Below, piece after piece: positions 26,701 through 40,300 of a DNA stretch of 64,000 nt; position 1 is the first letter of the stretch; each line of letters starts with the position of its first letter. Origin of the DNA: Auanema rhodensis (Eukaryota; Animalia; Nematoda); the NCBI GenBank assembly GCA_964057225.1, contig OZ059894.1, forward strand, positions 3,286,001 through 3,350,000, written 5' to 3'. The notes under the pieces are model-generated. The model saw nothing but the letters and a program-made list of their open reading frames with translations. It did no database searches and had not been told where the DNA came from. Made by a program: the position numbers and the translations under genes.

Positions 26701-29700
26701 TGCATTTTTAAGCTAGCGCAAATCTGATAACACAGATCGACGCAGCTTAAAAATCCGCATCGAATGCACTATACTACATTAAGAAACGCTTAAAATAAAA
26801 ATTAGTTATGATCGTTTGAAAAATGATGCATTAGTGTATGTTGAGTTTCCATGTACACTCAACATTGCTTCCAAAAACATTTTGACAAAAATTTTTTCGA
26901 AAAATTTCAAAATAGTTAAGCAAAAAGTAGATGTTTTTAGATTCCTTTTTTCGAGGCGAAGATGATGGACAATGTATTTCAGCGAAAAAATAAACTCTTC
27001 AGGGTGAAAATCGAGGATATAAGTGTGAACTTATATCAGTTGATATCTCGGTGCATTTTTAAGCTAGCGCAAATCTGATAACACAGATCGACGCAGCTTA
27101 AAAATCCGCATCGAATGCACTATACTACATTAAGAAACGCTTAATATAAAAATTAGTTATGATCGTTTGAAAAATGATGCATTACTGTATGTTGAGTTTC
27201 CATGTACACTCAACATTGCTTCCAAAAACATTTTGACAAAAATTTTTTCGAAAAATTTCAAAATAGTTTAGCAAAAAGTAGATGTTTTTAGATTCCTTTT
27301 TTCAAGGCAAAAACGATGGACAATGTTATTCAACGAAAAAATAAACTCTTCAGGGTGAAAATCGAGGATATAAGTGTGAACAAATATCAGTTGATATCTC
27401 GGTGCATTTTTAAGCTAGCGCAAATCTGATAACACAGATCGACGCAGCTCAAAAATCTACATCAAATGCACTATACTTCATTAAGAAATGCTCAATACAA
27501 AAATTAGTTATGATCGTTTGGAAAATGATGCATTACTGTATGTTGAGTTTCAATGTACACTCAACATTGCTTCCAAAAACATTTTGACAAAAATTTTCCC
27601 GAAAAATTTCAAAATAATTTCACGAAAAGTAGATGTTTTCAGATTCCTTTTTTCAAGGCGAAGACGATGGACAATGTTATTCAGCGAAAAAATTAACTCT
27701 TCAGTGTGAAAATCGAGAAAAATGATGCATTACTGTATGTTGAGTTTCAATGTACACTCAACATTGCTTCCAAAAACATTTTGACAAAAGTTTTTTTTCC
27801 GAAAAATTTCAAAATAATTTCACGAAAAGTAGATGTTTTTAGATTTCTTTTTTCGAGGCGAAGATGATGGACAATGTTATTCAGCGAAAAAATAAACTCT
27901 TCAGGGTGAAAATCGAGGATATAAGTGTGAACATATATCAGTTGATATCTCGGTGCATTTTTAAGCTAGCGCAAATCTGATAACACAGATCGACGCAGCT
28001 CAAAAATCTACATCGAATGCACTATACTTCATTAAGAAATGCTCAGTACAAAAATTAGTTATGATCGTTTAAAAAATGATGCATTATTGTATGTTGAGTT
28101 TCCATGTACACTCCACATTGCTTCCAAAAACATTTTGACAAAAATTTTCCCGGAAAATTTCAAAATAATTTCACGAAAAGTAGATGTTTTTAGATTTCTT
28201 TTTTCGAGGCGAAGATGATGGACAATGTTATTCAGCGAAAAAATAAACTCTTCAGGGTGAAAATCGAGGATATAAGTGTGAACAAATATCAGTTGATATC
28301 TCGGTTCATTTTTAAGCTAGCGCAAATCTGATAACACAGATCGACGCAGCTCAAAAATCTACATCGAATGCACTATACTTCATTAAGAAATGCTCAATAC
28401 AAAAATTAGTTATGATCGTTTGGAAAATGATGCATTACTGTATGTTGAGTTTCAATGTACACTCAACATTGCTTCCAAAAACATTTTGACAAAAATTTTC
28501 CCGAAAAATTTCAAAATAATTTCACGAAAAGTAGATGTTTTTAGATTCCTTTTTTCAAGGCGAAGACGATGGACAATGTTATTCAGCGAAAAAATTAACT
28601 CTTCAGTGTGAAAATCGAGAAAAATGATGCATTACTGTATGTTGAGTTTCAATGTACACTCAACATTGCTTCCAAAAACATTTTGACAAAAATTTTCCCG
28701 AAAAATTTCAAAATAATTTCACGAAAAGTAGACGTTTATAGATTCCTTTTTTCAAGGCGAAGACGATAGACAATGTTATTCAGCGAAAAAATTAACTCTC
28801 CAGGGTGAAAATCGAGGATATAAGTGTGAACCGATATCAGTTGATATCTCGGTGCATTTTTAAGCTAGCGCAAATATGATAACATAGATCGACGCAGCTT
28901 AAAAATCCGCATCGAATGCACTATACTACATTAAGAAACGCTTAAAATAAAAATTAGTTATGATCGTTTGAAAAATGATGCATTAGTGTATGTTGAGTTT
29001 CCATGTACACTCAACATTGCTTCCAAAAACATTTTGACAAAAATTTTCCCGAAAAATTTCAAAATAATTTCACGAAAAGTAGATGTTTTTAGATTCCTTT
29101 TTTCAAGGCGAAGACGACGGACGATGTTATTCAACGTAAAAATTAGTTCTTTAGGGTGAAAATCGAGGATATAGGTGTGAACTTATATCAGTTGATATCT
29201 CGGTGCATTTTTAAGCTAGCGCAAATCTGATAACACAGATCGACGCAGCTTAAAAATCCGCATCGAATGCACTATACTACATTAAGAAACGCTTAAAATA
29301 AAAATTAGTTATGATCGTTTGAAAAATGATGCATTAGTGTATGTTGAGTTTCCATGTACACTCAACATTGCTTCCAAAAACATTTTGACAAAAATTTTTT
29401 CGAAAAATTTCAAAATAGTTAAGCAAAAAGTAGATGTTTTTAGATTCCTTTTTTCGAGGCGAAGATGATGGACAATGTATTTCAGCGAAAAAATAAACTC
29501 TTCAGGGTGAAAATCGAGGATATAAGTGTGAACTTATATCAGTTGATATCTCGGTGCATTTTTAAGCTAGCGCAAATCTGATAACACAGATCGACGCAGC
29601 TTAAAAATCCGCATCGAATGCACTATACTACATTAAGAAACGCTTAATATAAAAATTAGTTATGATCGTTTGAAAAATGATGCATTACTGTATGTTGAGT

Positions 29701-32700
29701 TTCCATGTACACTCAACATTGCTTCCAAAAACATTTTGACAAAAATTTTTTCGAAAAATTTCAAAATAGTTTAGCAAAAAGTAGATGTTTTTAGATTCCT
29801 TTTTTCAAGGCAAAAACGATGGACAATGTTATTCAACGAAAAAAGTAAATCTTCAGGGTGAAAATCGAGGATATAAGTGTGAACCGATATCAGTTGATAT
29901 CTCGGTGCATTTTTAAGCTAGCGCAAATATGATAACATAGATCGACGCAGCTTAAAAATCCGCATCGAATGCACTATACTACATTAAGAAACGCTTAAAA
30001 TAAAAATTAGTTATGATCGTTTGAAAAATGATGCATTAGTGTATGTTGAGTTTCCATGTACACTCAACATTGCTTCCAAAAACATTTTGACAAAGATTTT
30101 CCCGAAAAATTTCAAAATAATTTCACGAAAAGTAGAGGTTTTTAGATTCCTTTTTTCAAGGCGAAGACGACGGACGATGTTATTCAACTTAAAAATTAGT
30201 TCTTTAGGGTGAAAATCGAGGATATAGGTGTGAACTTATATCAGTTGATATCTCGGTGCATTTTTAAGCTAGCGCAAATCTGATAACACAGATCGACGCA
30301 GCTTAAAAATCCGCATCGAATGCACTATACTACATTAAGAAACGCTTAAAATAAAAATTAGTTATGATCGTTTGAAAAATGATGCATTAGTGTATGTTGA
30401 GTTTCCATGTACACTCAACATTGCTTCCAAAAACATTTTGACAAAAATTTTTTCGAAAAATTTCAAAATAGTTTAGCAAAAAGTAGATGTTTTTAGATTC
30501 CTTTTTTCAAGGCAAAAACGATGGACAATGTTATTCAACGAAAAAAGTAAATCTTCAGGGTGAAAATCGAGGATATAAGTTTGAACATATATCAGTTGAT
30601 ATCTCGGTGCATTTTTAAGCTAGCGCAAATCTGATAACACAGATCGACGCAGCTCAAAAATCTACATCGAATGCACTATACTTCATTAAGAAATGCTCAA
30701 AACAAAAATTAGTTATGATCGTTTGAAAAATGATGCATTATTGTATGTTGAGTTTCCATGTACACTCAACATTGCTTCCAAAAACATTTTGACAAAAATT
30801 TTCCCGGAAAATTTCAAAATAATTTCACGAAAAGTAGATGTTTTTAGATTTCTTTTTTCGAGGCGAAGATGATGGACAATGTATTTCAGCGAAAAAATAA
30901 ACTCTTCAGGGTGAAAATCGAGGATATAAGTGTGAACAAATATCAGTTGATATCTCGGTGCATTTTTAAGCTAGCGCAAATCTGATAACACAGATCGACG
31001 CAGCTCAAAAATCTACATCAAATGCACTATACTTCATTAAGAAATGCTCAATACAAAAATTAGTTATGATCGTTTGGAAAATGATGCATTACTGTATGTT
31101 GAGTTTCAATGTACACTCAACATTGCTTCCAAAAACATTTTGACAAAAATTTTCCCGAAAAATTTCAAAATAATTTCACGAAAAGTAGATGTTTTCAGAT
31201 TCCTTTTTTCAAGGCGAAGACGATGGACAATGTTATTCAGCGAAAAAATTAACTCTTCAGTGTGAAAATCGAGAAAAATGATGCATTACTGTATGTTGAG
31301 TTTCAATGTACACTCAACATTGCTTCCAAAAACATTTTGACAAAAGTTTTTTTTCCGAAAAATTTCAAAATAATTTCACGAAAAGTAGATGTTTTTAGAT
31401 TTCTTTTTTCGAGGCGAAGATGATGGACAATGTTATTCAGCGAAAAAATAAACTCTTCAGGGTGAAAATCGAGAAAAATGATGCATTACTGTATGTTGAG
31501 TTTCAATGTACACTCAACATTGCTTCCAAAAACATTTTGACAAAAATTTTCCCGAAAAATTTCAAAATAATTTCACGAAAAGTAGACGTTTATAGATTCC
31601 TTTTTTCAAGGCGAAGACGATAGACAATGTTATTCAGCGAAAAAATTAACTCTCCAGGGTGAAAATCGAGGATATAAGTGTGAACCGATATCAGTTGATA
31701 TCTCGGTTCATTTTTAAGCTAGCGCAAATCTGATAACACAGATCGACGCAGCTCAAAAATCTACATCGAATGCACTATACTTCATTAAGAAATGCTCAAT
31801 ACAAAAATTAGTTATGATCGTTTGGAAAATGATGCATTACTGTATGTTGAGTTTCAATGTACACTCAACATTGCTTCCAAAAACATTTTGACAAAAATTT
31901 TCCCGAAAAATTTCAAAATAATTTCACGAAAAGTAGATGTTTTTAGATTCCTTTTTTCAAGGCGAAGACGATGGACAATGTTATTCAGCGAAAAAATTAA
32001 CTCTTCAGTGTGAAAATCGAGAAAAATGATGCATTACTGTATGTTGAGTTTCAATGTACACTCAACATTGCTTCCAAAAACATTTTGACAAAAATTTTCC
32101 CGAAAAATTTCAAAATAATTTCACGAAAAGTAGACGTTTATAGATTCCTTTTTTCAAGGCGAAGACGATAGACAATGTTATTCAGCGAAAAAATTAACTC
32201 TCCAGGGTGAAAATCGAGGATATAAGTGTGAACCGATATCAGTTGATATCTCGGTGCATTTTTAAGCTAGCGCAAATATGATAACATAGATCGACGCAGC
32301 TTAAAAATCCGCATCGAATGCACTATACTACATTAAGAAACGCTTAAAATAAAAATTAGTTATGATCGTTTGAAAAATGATGCATTAGTGTATGTTGAGT
32401 TTCCATGTACACTCAACATTGCTTCCAAAAACATTTTGACAAAAATTTTCCCGAAAAATTTCAAAATAATTTCACGAAAAGTAGATGTTTTTAGATTCCT
32501 TTTTTCAAGGCGAAGACGACGGACGATGTTATTCAACGTAAAAATTAGTTCTTTAGGGTGAAAATCGAGGATATAGGTGTGAACTTATATCAGTTGATAT
32601 CTCGGTGCATTTTTAAGCTAGCGCAAATCTGATAACACAGATCGACGCAGCTTAAAAATCCGCATCGAATGCACTATACTACATTAAGAAACGCTTAAAA

Positions 32701-35700
32701 TAAAAATTAGTTATGATCGTTTGAAAAATGATGCATTAGTGTATGTTGAGTTTCCATGTACACTCAACATTGCTTCCAAAAACATTTTGACAAAAATTTT
32801 TTCGAAAAATTTCAAAATAGTTAAGCAAAAAGTAGATGTTTTTAGATTCCTTTTTTCGAGGCGAAGATGATGGACAATGTATTTCAGCGAAAAAATAAAC
32901 TCTTCAGGGTGAAAATCGAGGATATAAGTGTGAACTTATATCAGTTGATATCTCGGTGCATTTTTAAGCTAGCGCAAATCTGATAACACAGATCGACGCA
33001 GCTTAAAAATCCGCATCGAATGCACTATACTACATTAAGAAACGCTTAATATAAAAATTAGTTATGATCGTTTGAAAAATGATGCATTACTGTATGTTGA
33101 GTTTCCATGTACACTCAACATTGCTTCCAAAAACATTTTGACAAAAATTTTTTCGAAAAATTTCAAAATAGTTTAGCAAAAAGTAGATGTTTTTAGATTC
33201 CTTTTTTCAAGGCAAAAACGATGGACAATGTTATTCAACGAAAAAAGTAAATCTTCAGGGTGAAAATCGAGGATATAAGTGTGAACCGATATCAGTTGAT
33301 ATCTCGGTGCATTTTTAAGCTAGCGCAAATATGATAACATAGATCGACGCAGCTTAAAAATCCGCATCGAATGCACTATACTACATTAAGAAACGCTTAA
33401 AATAAAAATTAGTTATGATCGTTTGAAAAATGATGCATTAGTGTATGTTGAGTTTCCATGTACACTCAACATTGCTTCCAAAAACATTTTGACAAAGATT
33501 TTCCCGAAAAATTTCAAAATAATTTCACGAAAAGTAGAGGTTTTTAGATTCCTTTTTTCAAGGCGAAGACGACGGACGATGTTATTCAACTTAAAAATTA
33601 GTTCTTTAGGGTGAAAATCGAGGATATAGGTGTGAACTTATATCAGTTGATATCTCGGTGCATTTTTAAGCTAGCGCAAATCTGATAACACAGATCGACG
33701 CAGCTTAAAAATCCGCATCGAATGCACTATACTACATTAAGAAACGCTTAAAATAAAAATTAGTTATGATCGTTTGAAAAATGATGCATTAGTGTATGTT
33801 GAGTTTCCATGTACACTCAACATTGCTTCCAAAAACATTTTGACAAAAATTTTTTCGAAAAATTTCAAAATAGTTTAGCAAAAAGTAGATGTTTTTAGAT
33901 TCCTTTTTTCAAGGCAAAAACGATGGACAATGTTATTCAACGAAAAAAGTAAATCTTCAGGGTGAAAATCGAGGATATAAGTTTGAACATATATCAGTTG
34001 ATATCTCGGTGCATTTTTAAGCTAGCGCAAATCTGATAACACAGATCGACGCAGCTCAAAAATCTACATCGAATGCACTATACTTCATTAAGAAATGCTC
34101 AAAACAAAAATTAGTTATGATCGTTTGAAAAATGATGCATTATTGTATGTTGAGTTTCCATGTACACTCAACATTGCTTCCAAAAACATTTTGACAAAAA
34201 TTTTCCCGGAAAATTTCAAAATAATTTCACGAAAAGTAGATGTTTTTAGATTTCTTTTTTCGAGGCGAAGATGATGGACAATGTATTTCAGCGAAAAAAT
34301 AAACTCTTCAGGGTGAAAATCGAGGATATAAGTGTGAACAAATATCAGTTGATATCTCGGTGCATTTTTAAGCCAGCGCAAATCTGATAACACAGATCGA
34401 CGCAGCTCAAAAATCTACATCAAATGCACTATACTTCATTAAGAAATGCTCAATACAAAAATTAGTTATGATCGTTTGGAAAATGATGCATTACTGTATG
34501 TTGAGTTTCAATGTACACTCAACATTGCTTCCAAAAACATTTTGACAAAAATTTTCCCGAAAAATTTCAAAATAATTTCACGAAAAGTAGATGTTTTCAG
34601 ATTCCTTTTTTCAAGGCGAAGACGATGGACAATGTTATTCAGCGAAAAAATTAACTCTTCAGTGTGAAAATCGAGAAAAATGATGCATTACTGTATGTTG
34701 AGTTTCAATGTACACTCAACATTGCTTCCAAAAACATTTTGACAAAAGTTTTTTTTCCGAAAAATTTCAAAATAATTTCACGAAAAGTAGATGTTTTTAG
34801 ATTTCTTTTTTCGAGGCGAAGATGATGGACAATGTTATTCAGCGAAAAAATAAACTCTTCAGGGTGAAAATCGAGGATATAAGTGTGAACATATATCAGT
34901 TGATATCTCGGTGCATTTTTAAGCTAGCGCAAATCTGATAACACAGATCGACGCAGCTCAAAAATCTACATCGAATGCACTATACTTCATTAAGAAATGC
35001 TCAATACAAAAATTAGTTATGATCGTTTGGAAAATGATGCATTACTGTATGTTGAGTTTCAATGTACACTCAACATTGCTTCCAAAAACATTTTGACAAA
35101 AATTTTCCCGAAAAATTTCAAAATAATTTCACGAAAAGTAGATGTTTTTAGATTCCTTTTTTCAAGGCGAAGACGATGGACAATGTTATTCAGCGAAAAA
35201 ATTAACTCTTCAGTGTGAAAATCGAGAAAAATGATGCATTACTGTATGTTGAGTTTCAATGTACACTCAACATTGCTTCCAAAAACATTTTGACAAAAAT
35301 TTTCCCGAAAAATTTCAGAATAATTTCACGAAAAGTAGACGTTTATAGATTCCTTTTTTCAAGGCGAAGACGATAGACAATGTTATTCAGCGAAAAAATT
35401 AACTCTCCAGGGTGAAAATCGAGGATATAAGTGTGAACCGATATCAGTTGATATCTCGGTGCATTTTTAAGCTAGCGCAAATATGATAACATAGATCGAC
35501 GCAGCTTAAAAATCCGCATCGAATGCACTATACTACTTTAAGAAACGCTTAAAATAAAAATTAGTTATGATCGTTTGAAAAATGATGCATTAGTGTATGT
35601 TGAGTTTCCATGTACACTCAACATTGCTTCCAAAAACATTTTGACAAAAGTTTTTTTCCGAAAAATTTCAAAATAATTTCACGAAAAGTAGATGTTTTTA

Positions 35701-37200
35701 GATTTCTTTTTTCGAGGCGAAGATGATGGACAATGTTATTCAGCGAAAAAATAAACTCTTCAGGGTGAAAATCGAGGATATAAGTGTGAACCGATATCAG
35801 TTGATATCTCGGTGCATTTTTAAGCTAGCGCAAATATGATAACATAGATCGACGCAGCTTAAAAATCCGCATCGAATGCACTATACTACATTAAGAAACG
35901 CTTAAAATAAAAATTAGTTATGATCGTTTGAAAAATGATGCATTAGTGTATGTTGAGTTTCCATGTACACTCAACATTGCTTCCAAAAACATTTTGACAA
36001 AAATTTTCCCGAAAAATTTCAAAATAATTTCACGAAAAGTAGATGTTTTTAGATTCCTTTTTTCAAGGCGAAGACGACGGACGATGTTATTCAACGTAAA
36101 AATTAGTTCTTTAGGGTGAAAATCGAGGATATAGGTGTGAACTTATATCAGTTGATATCTCGGTGCATTTTTAAGCTAGCGCAAATCTGATAACACAGAT
36201 CGACGCAGCTTAAAAATCCGCATCGAATGCACTATACTACATTAAGAAACGCTTAAAATAAAAATTAGTTATGATCGTTTGAAAAATGATGCATTAGTGT
36301 ATGTTGAGTTTCCATGTACACTCAACATTGCTTCCAAAAACATTTTGACAAAAATTTTTTCGAAAAATTTCAAAATAGTTAAGCAAAAAGTAGATGTTTT
36401 TAGATTCCTTTTTTCAAGGCAAAAACGATGGACAATGTTATTCAACGAAAAAAGTAAATCTTCAGGGTGAAAATCGAGGATATAAGTTTGAACATATATC
36501 AGTTGATATCTCGGTGCATTTTTAAGCTAGCGCAAATCTGATAACACAGATCGACGCAGCTCAAAAATCTACATCGAATGCACTATACTTCATTAAGAAA
36601 TGCTCAAAACAAAAATTAGTTATGATCGTTTGAAAAATGATGCATTATTGTATGTTGAGTTTCCATGTACACTCAACATTGCTTCCAAAAACATTTTGAC
36701 AAAAATTTTCCCGGAAAATTTCAAAATAATTTCACGAAAAGTAGATGTTTTTAGATTTATTTTTTCGAGGCGAAGATGATGGACAATGTATTTCAGCGAA
36801 AAAATAAACTCTTCAGGGTGAAAATCGAGGATATAAGTGTGAACAAATATCAGTTGATATCTCGGTGCATTTTTAAGCTAGCGCAAATCTGATAACACAG
36901 ATCGACGCAGCTCAAAAATCTACATCGAATGCACTATACTTCATTAAGAAATGCTCAATACAAAAATTAGTTATGATCGTTTGGAAAATGATGCATTACT
37001 GTATGTTGAGTTTCAATGTACACTCAACATTGCTTCCAAAAACATTTTGACAAAAATTTTCCCGAAAAATTTCAAAATAATTTCACGAAAAGTAGATGTT
37101 TTTAGATTCCTTTTTTCAAGGCGAAGACGATGGACAATGTTATTCAGCGAAAAAATTAACTCTTCAGTGTGAAAATCGAGAAAAATGATGCATTACTGTA
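23800..37200. repeat. HOR domain B2: rearranged relative of B with 2503-bp, 3556-bp and 3402-bp periods
   Basis: ORF pairs 24985/27488, 25887/28390 and 26465/28968 (+2503); 28968/32370, 30021/33423 and 31044/34446 (+3402). Markers GCTTAAAATAAAA, GTAGAGGTTT, AGTTTGAAC and GTTAAGC. Boundaries approximate. Confidence 0.85.
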
Positions 37201-37399
37201 TGTTGAGTTTCAATGTACACTCAACATTGCTTCCAAAAACATTTTGACAAAAGTTTTCCCGAAAAATTTCAAAATAATTTCACGAAAAGTAGATGTTTTT
37301 AGATTTCTTTTTTCGAGGCGAAGATGATGGACAATGTTATTCAGCGAAAAAATAAACTCTTCAGGGTGAAAATCGAGGATATAAGTGTGAACATATATC

Positions 37400-40300
37400 A
37401 GTTGATATCTCGGTGCATTTTTAAGCTAGCGCAAATCTGATAACACAGATCGACGCAGCTCAAAAATCTACATCGAATGCACTATACTTCATTAAGAAAT
37501 GCTCAATACCAAAATTAGTTATGATCGTTTGGAAAATGATGCATTACTGTATGTTGAGTTTCAATGTACACTCAACATTGCTTCCAAAAACATTTTGACA
37601 AATATTTTCCCGAAAAATTTCGAAATAATTTCACGAAAAGTATATGTTTTTAGATTCCTTTTTTCAAGGCGAAGACGATAGACAATGTTATTCAGCGAAA
37701 AAATTAACTCTCCAGGGTGAAAATAGAGGATATAAGTGTGAACCGATAACAGTTGATATCTCGGTGCATTTTTAAGCTAGCGCAAATATGATAACATAGA
37801 TCGACGCAGCTTAAAAATCCGCATTGAATGCACTATACTACATTGAGAAAAGCTTAATACAAAAATTAGTTATGATCGTTTGAAAAATGATGCATTACTG
37901 TATGTTGAGTTTCCATGTACACTCAACATTGCTTCCAAAAACATTTTGACAAAAATTTTCCCGAAAAATTTCTAGATAATTTCACAAAAAGTAGATGTTT
38001 TTAGATTCCTTTTTTCAAGGCGAAGACGACGGACAATGTTATTCAACGTAAAAATTAGTTCTTTAGGGTGAAAATCGAGGATATAGGTGTAAACTTATAT
38101 CAGTTGATATCTCGGTGCATTTTTAAGCTAGCGCAAATCTGATAACACAGATCGACGCAGCTTAAAAATCCGCATCGAATGCACTATACTACATTGAGAA
38201 ACGCTTAATATAAAAATTAGTTATGATCGTTTGAAAAATGATGCATTAGTGTATGTTGAGTTTCCATGTACACTCAACATTGCTTCCAAAAACATTTTGA
38301 CAAAAATTTTTTCGAAAAATTTCAAAATAGTTTAGCAAAAAGTAGATGTTTTTAGATTCCTTTTTTCAAGGCAAAAACGATGGACAATGTTATTCAACGA
38401 AAAAAGTAAATCTTCAGGGTGAAAATCGAGGATACAAGTGTGAACATATATCAGTTGATTTCTCGGTGCATTTTTAAGCTAGCGCAAATATGATAACATA
38501 GATCGACGCAGCTTAAAAATCCGCATTGAATGCACTATACTATATTGAGAAAAGCTTAATACAAAAATTAGTTATGATCGTTTGAAAAATGATGCATTAC
38601 TGTATGTTGAGTTTCAATGTACACTCAACATTGCTTCCAAAAACATTTTGACAAAAATTTTCCCGGAAAATTTCAAAATAATTTCACGAAAAGTAGATGT
38701 TTTTAGATTCCTTTTTTCAAGGCGAAGACGATGGACAATGTTATTCAGCGAAAAAATTAACTCTTCAGTGTGAAAATCGAGAAAAATGATGCATTACTGT
38801 ATGTTGAGTTTCAATGTACACTCAACATTGCTTCCAAAAACATTTTGACAAAAATTTTCCCGAAAAATTTCAAAATAATTTCACGAAAAGTAGATGTTTT
38901 TAGATTCCCTTTTTCGAGGCGAAGATGATGGACAATGTTATTCAGCGAAAAAATAAACTCTTCAGGGTGAAAATCGAGGATATAAGTGTGAACATATATC
39001 AGTTGATATCTCGGTGCATTTTTAAGCTAGCGCAAATCTGATAACACAGATCGACGCAGCTCAAAAATCCGCATTGAATGCACTATACTTCATTGAGAAA
39101 AGCTCAATACCAAAATTAGTTATGATCGTTTGAAAAATGATGCATTATTGTATGTTGAGTTTCCATGTACACTCAACATTGCTTCCAAAAACATTTTGAC
39201 AAAAATTTTCCCGGAAAATTTCAAAATAATTTCACGAAAAGTAGATGTTTTTAGATTCCTTTTTTCAAGGCAAAAACGATGGACAATGTTATTCAACGAA
39301 AAAAGTAAATCTTCAGGGTGAAAATCGAGGATATAAGTGTGAACATATATCAGTTGATATCTCGGTGCATTTTTAAGCTAGCGCAAATCTGATAACACAG
39401 ATCGACGCAGCTCAAAAATCTACATCGAATGCACTATACTTCATTAAGAAATGCTCAATACCAAAATTAGTTATGATCGTTTGGAAAATGATGCATTACT
39501 GTATGTTGAGTTTCAATGTACACTCAACATTGCTTCCAAAAACATTTTGACAAAAATTTTCCCGAAAAATTTCGAAATAATTTCACGAAAAATATATGTT
39601 TTTAGATTCCTTTTTTCAAGGCGAAGACGATAGACAATGTTATTCAGCGAAAAAATTAACTCTCCATTGTGAAAATAGAGGATATAAGTGTGAACCGATA
39701 ACAGTTGATATCTCGGTGCATTTTTAAGCTAGCGCAAATATGATAACATAGATCGACGCAGCTTAAAAATCCGCATTGAATGCACTATACTACATTGAGA
39801 AAAGCTTAATACAAAAATTAGTTATGATCGTTTGAAAAATGATGCATTACTGTATGTTGAGTTTCCATGTACACTCAACATTGCTTCCAAAAACATTTTG
39901 ACAAAAATTTTTTCGAAAAATTTCAAAATAATTTAGCGAAAAGTAGATGTTTTTAGATTCCTTTTTTCAAGGCAAAAACGATGGACAATGTTATTCAACG
40001 AAAAAAGTAAATCTTCAGGGTGAAAATCGAGGATACAAGTGTGAACATATATCAGTTGATTTCTCGGTGCATTTTTAAGCTAGCGCAAATATGATAACAT
40101 AGATCGACGCAGCTTAAAAATCCGCATTGAATGCACTATACTATATTGAGAAAAGCTTAATACAAAAATTAGTTATGATCGTTTGAAAAATGATGCATTA
40201 CTGTATGTTGAGTTTCAATGTACACTCAACATTGCTTCCAAAAACATTTTGACAAAAATTTTCCCGGAAAATTTCAAAATAATTTCACGAAAAGTAGATG

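Noticed and set aside
34115-34393. 92-aa minus-strand ORF
   Set aside because: It is open only because of a single private SNP (GCTAGC to GCCAGC near 34374) that removes a stop present in the other monomers.
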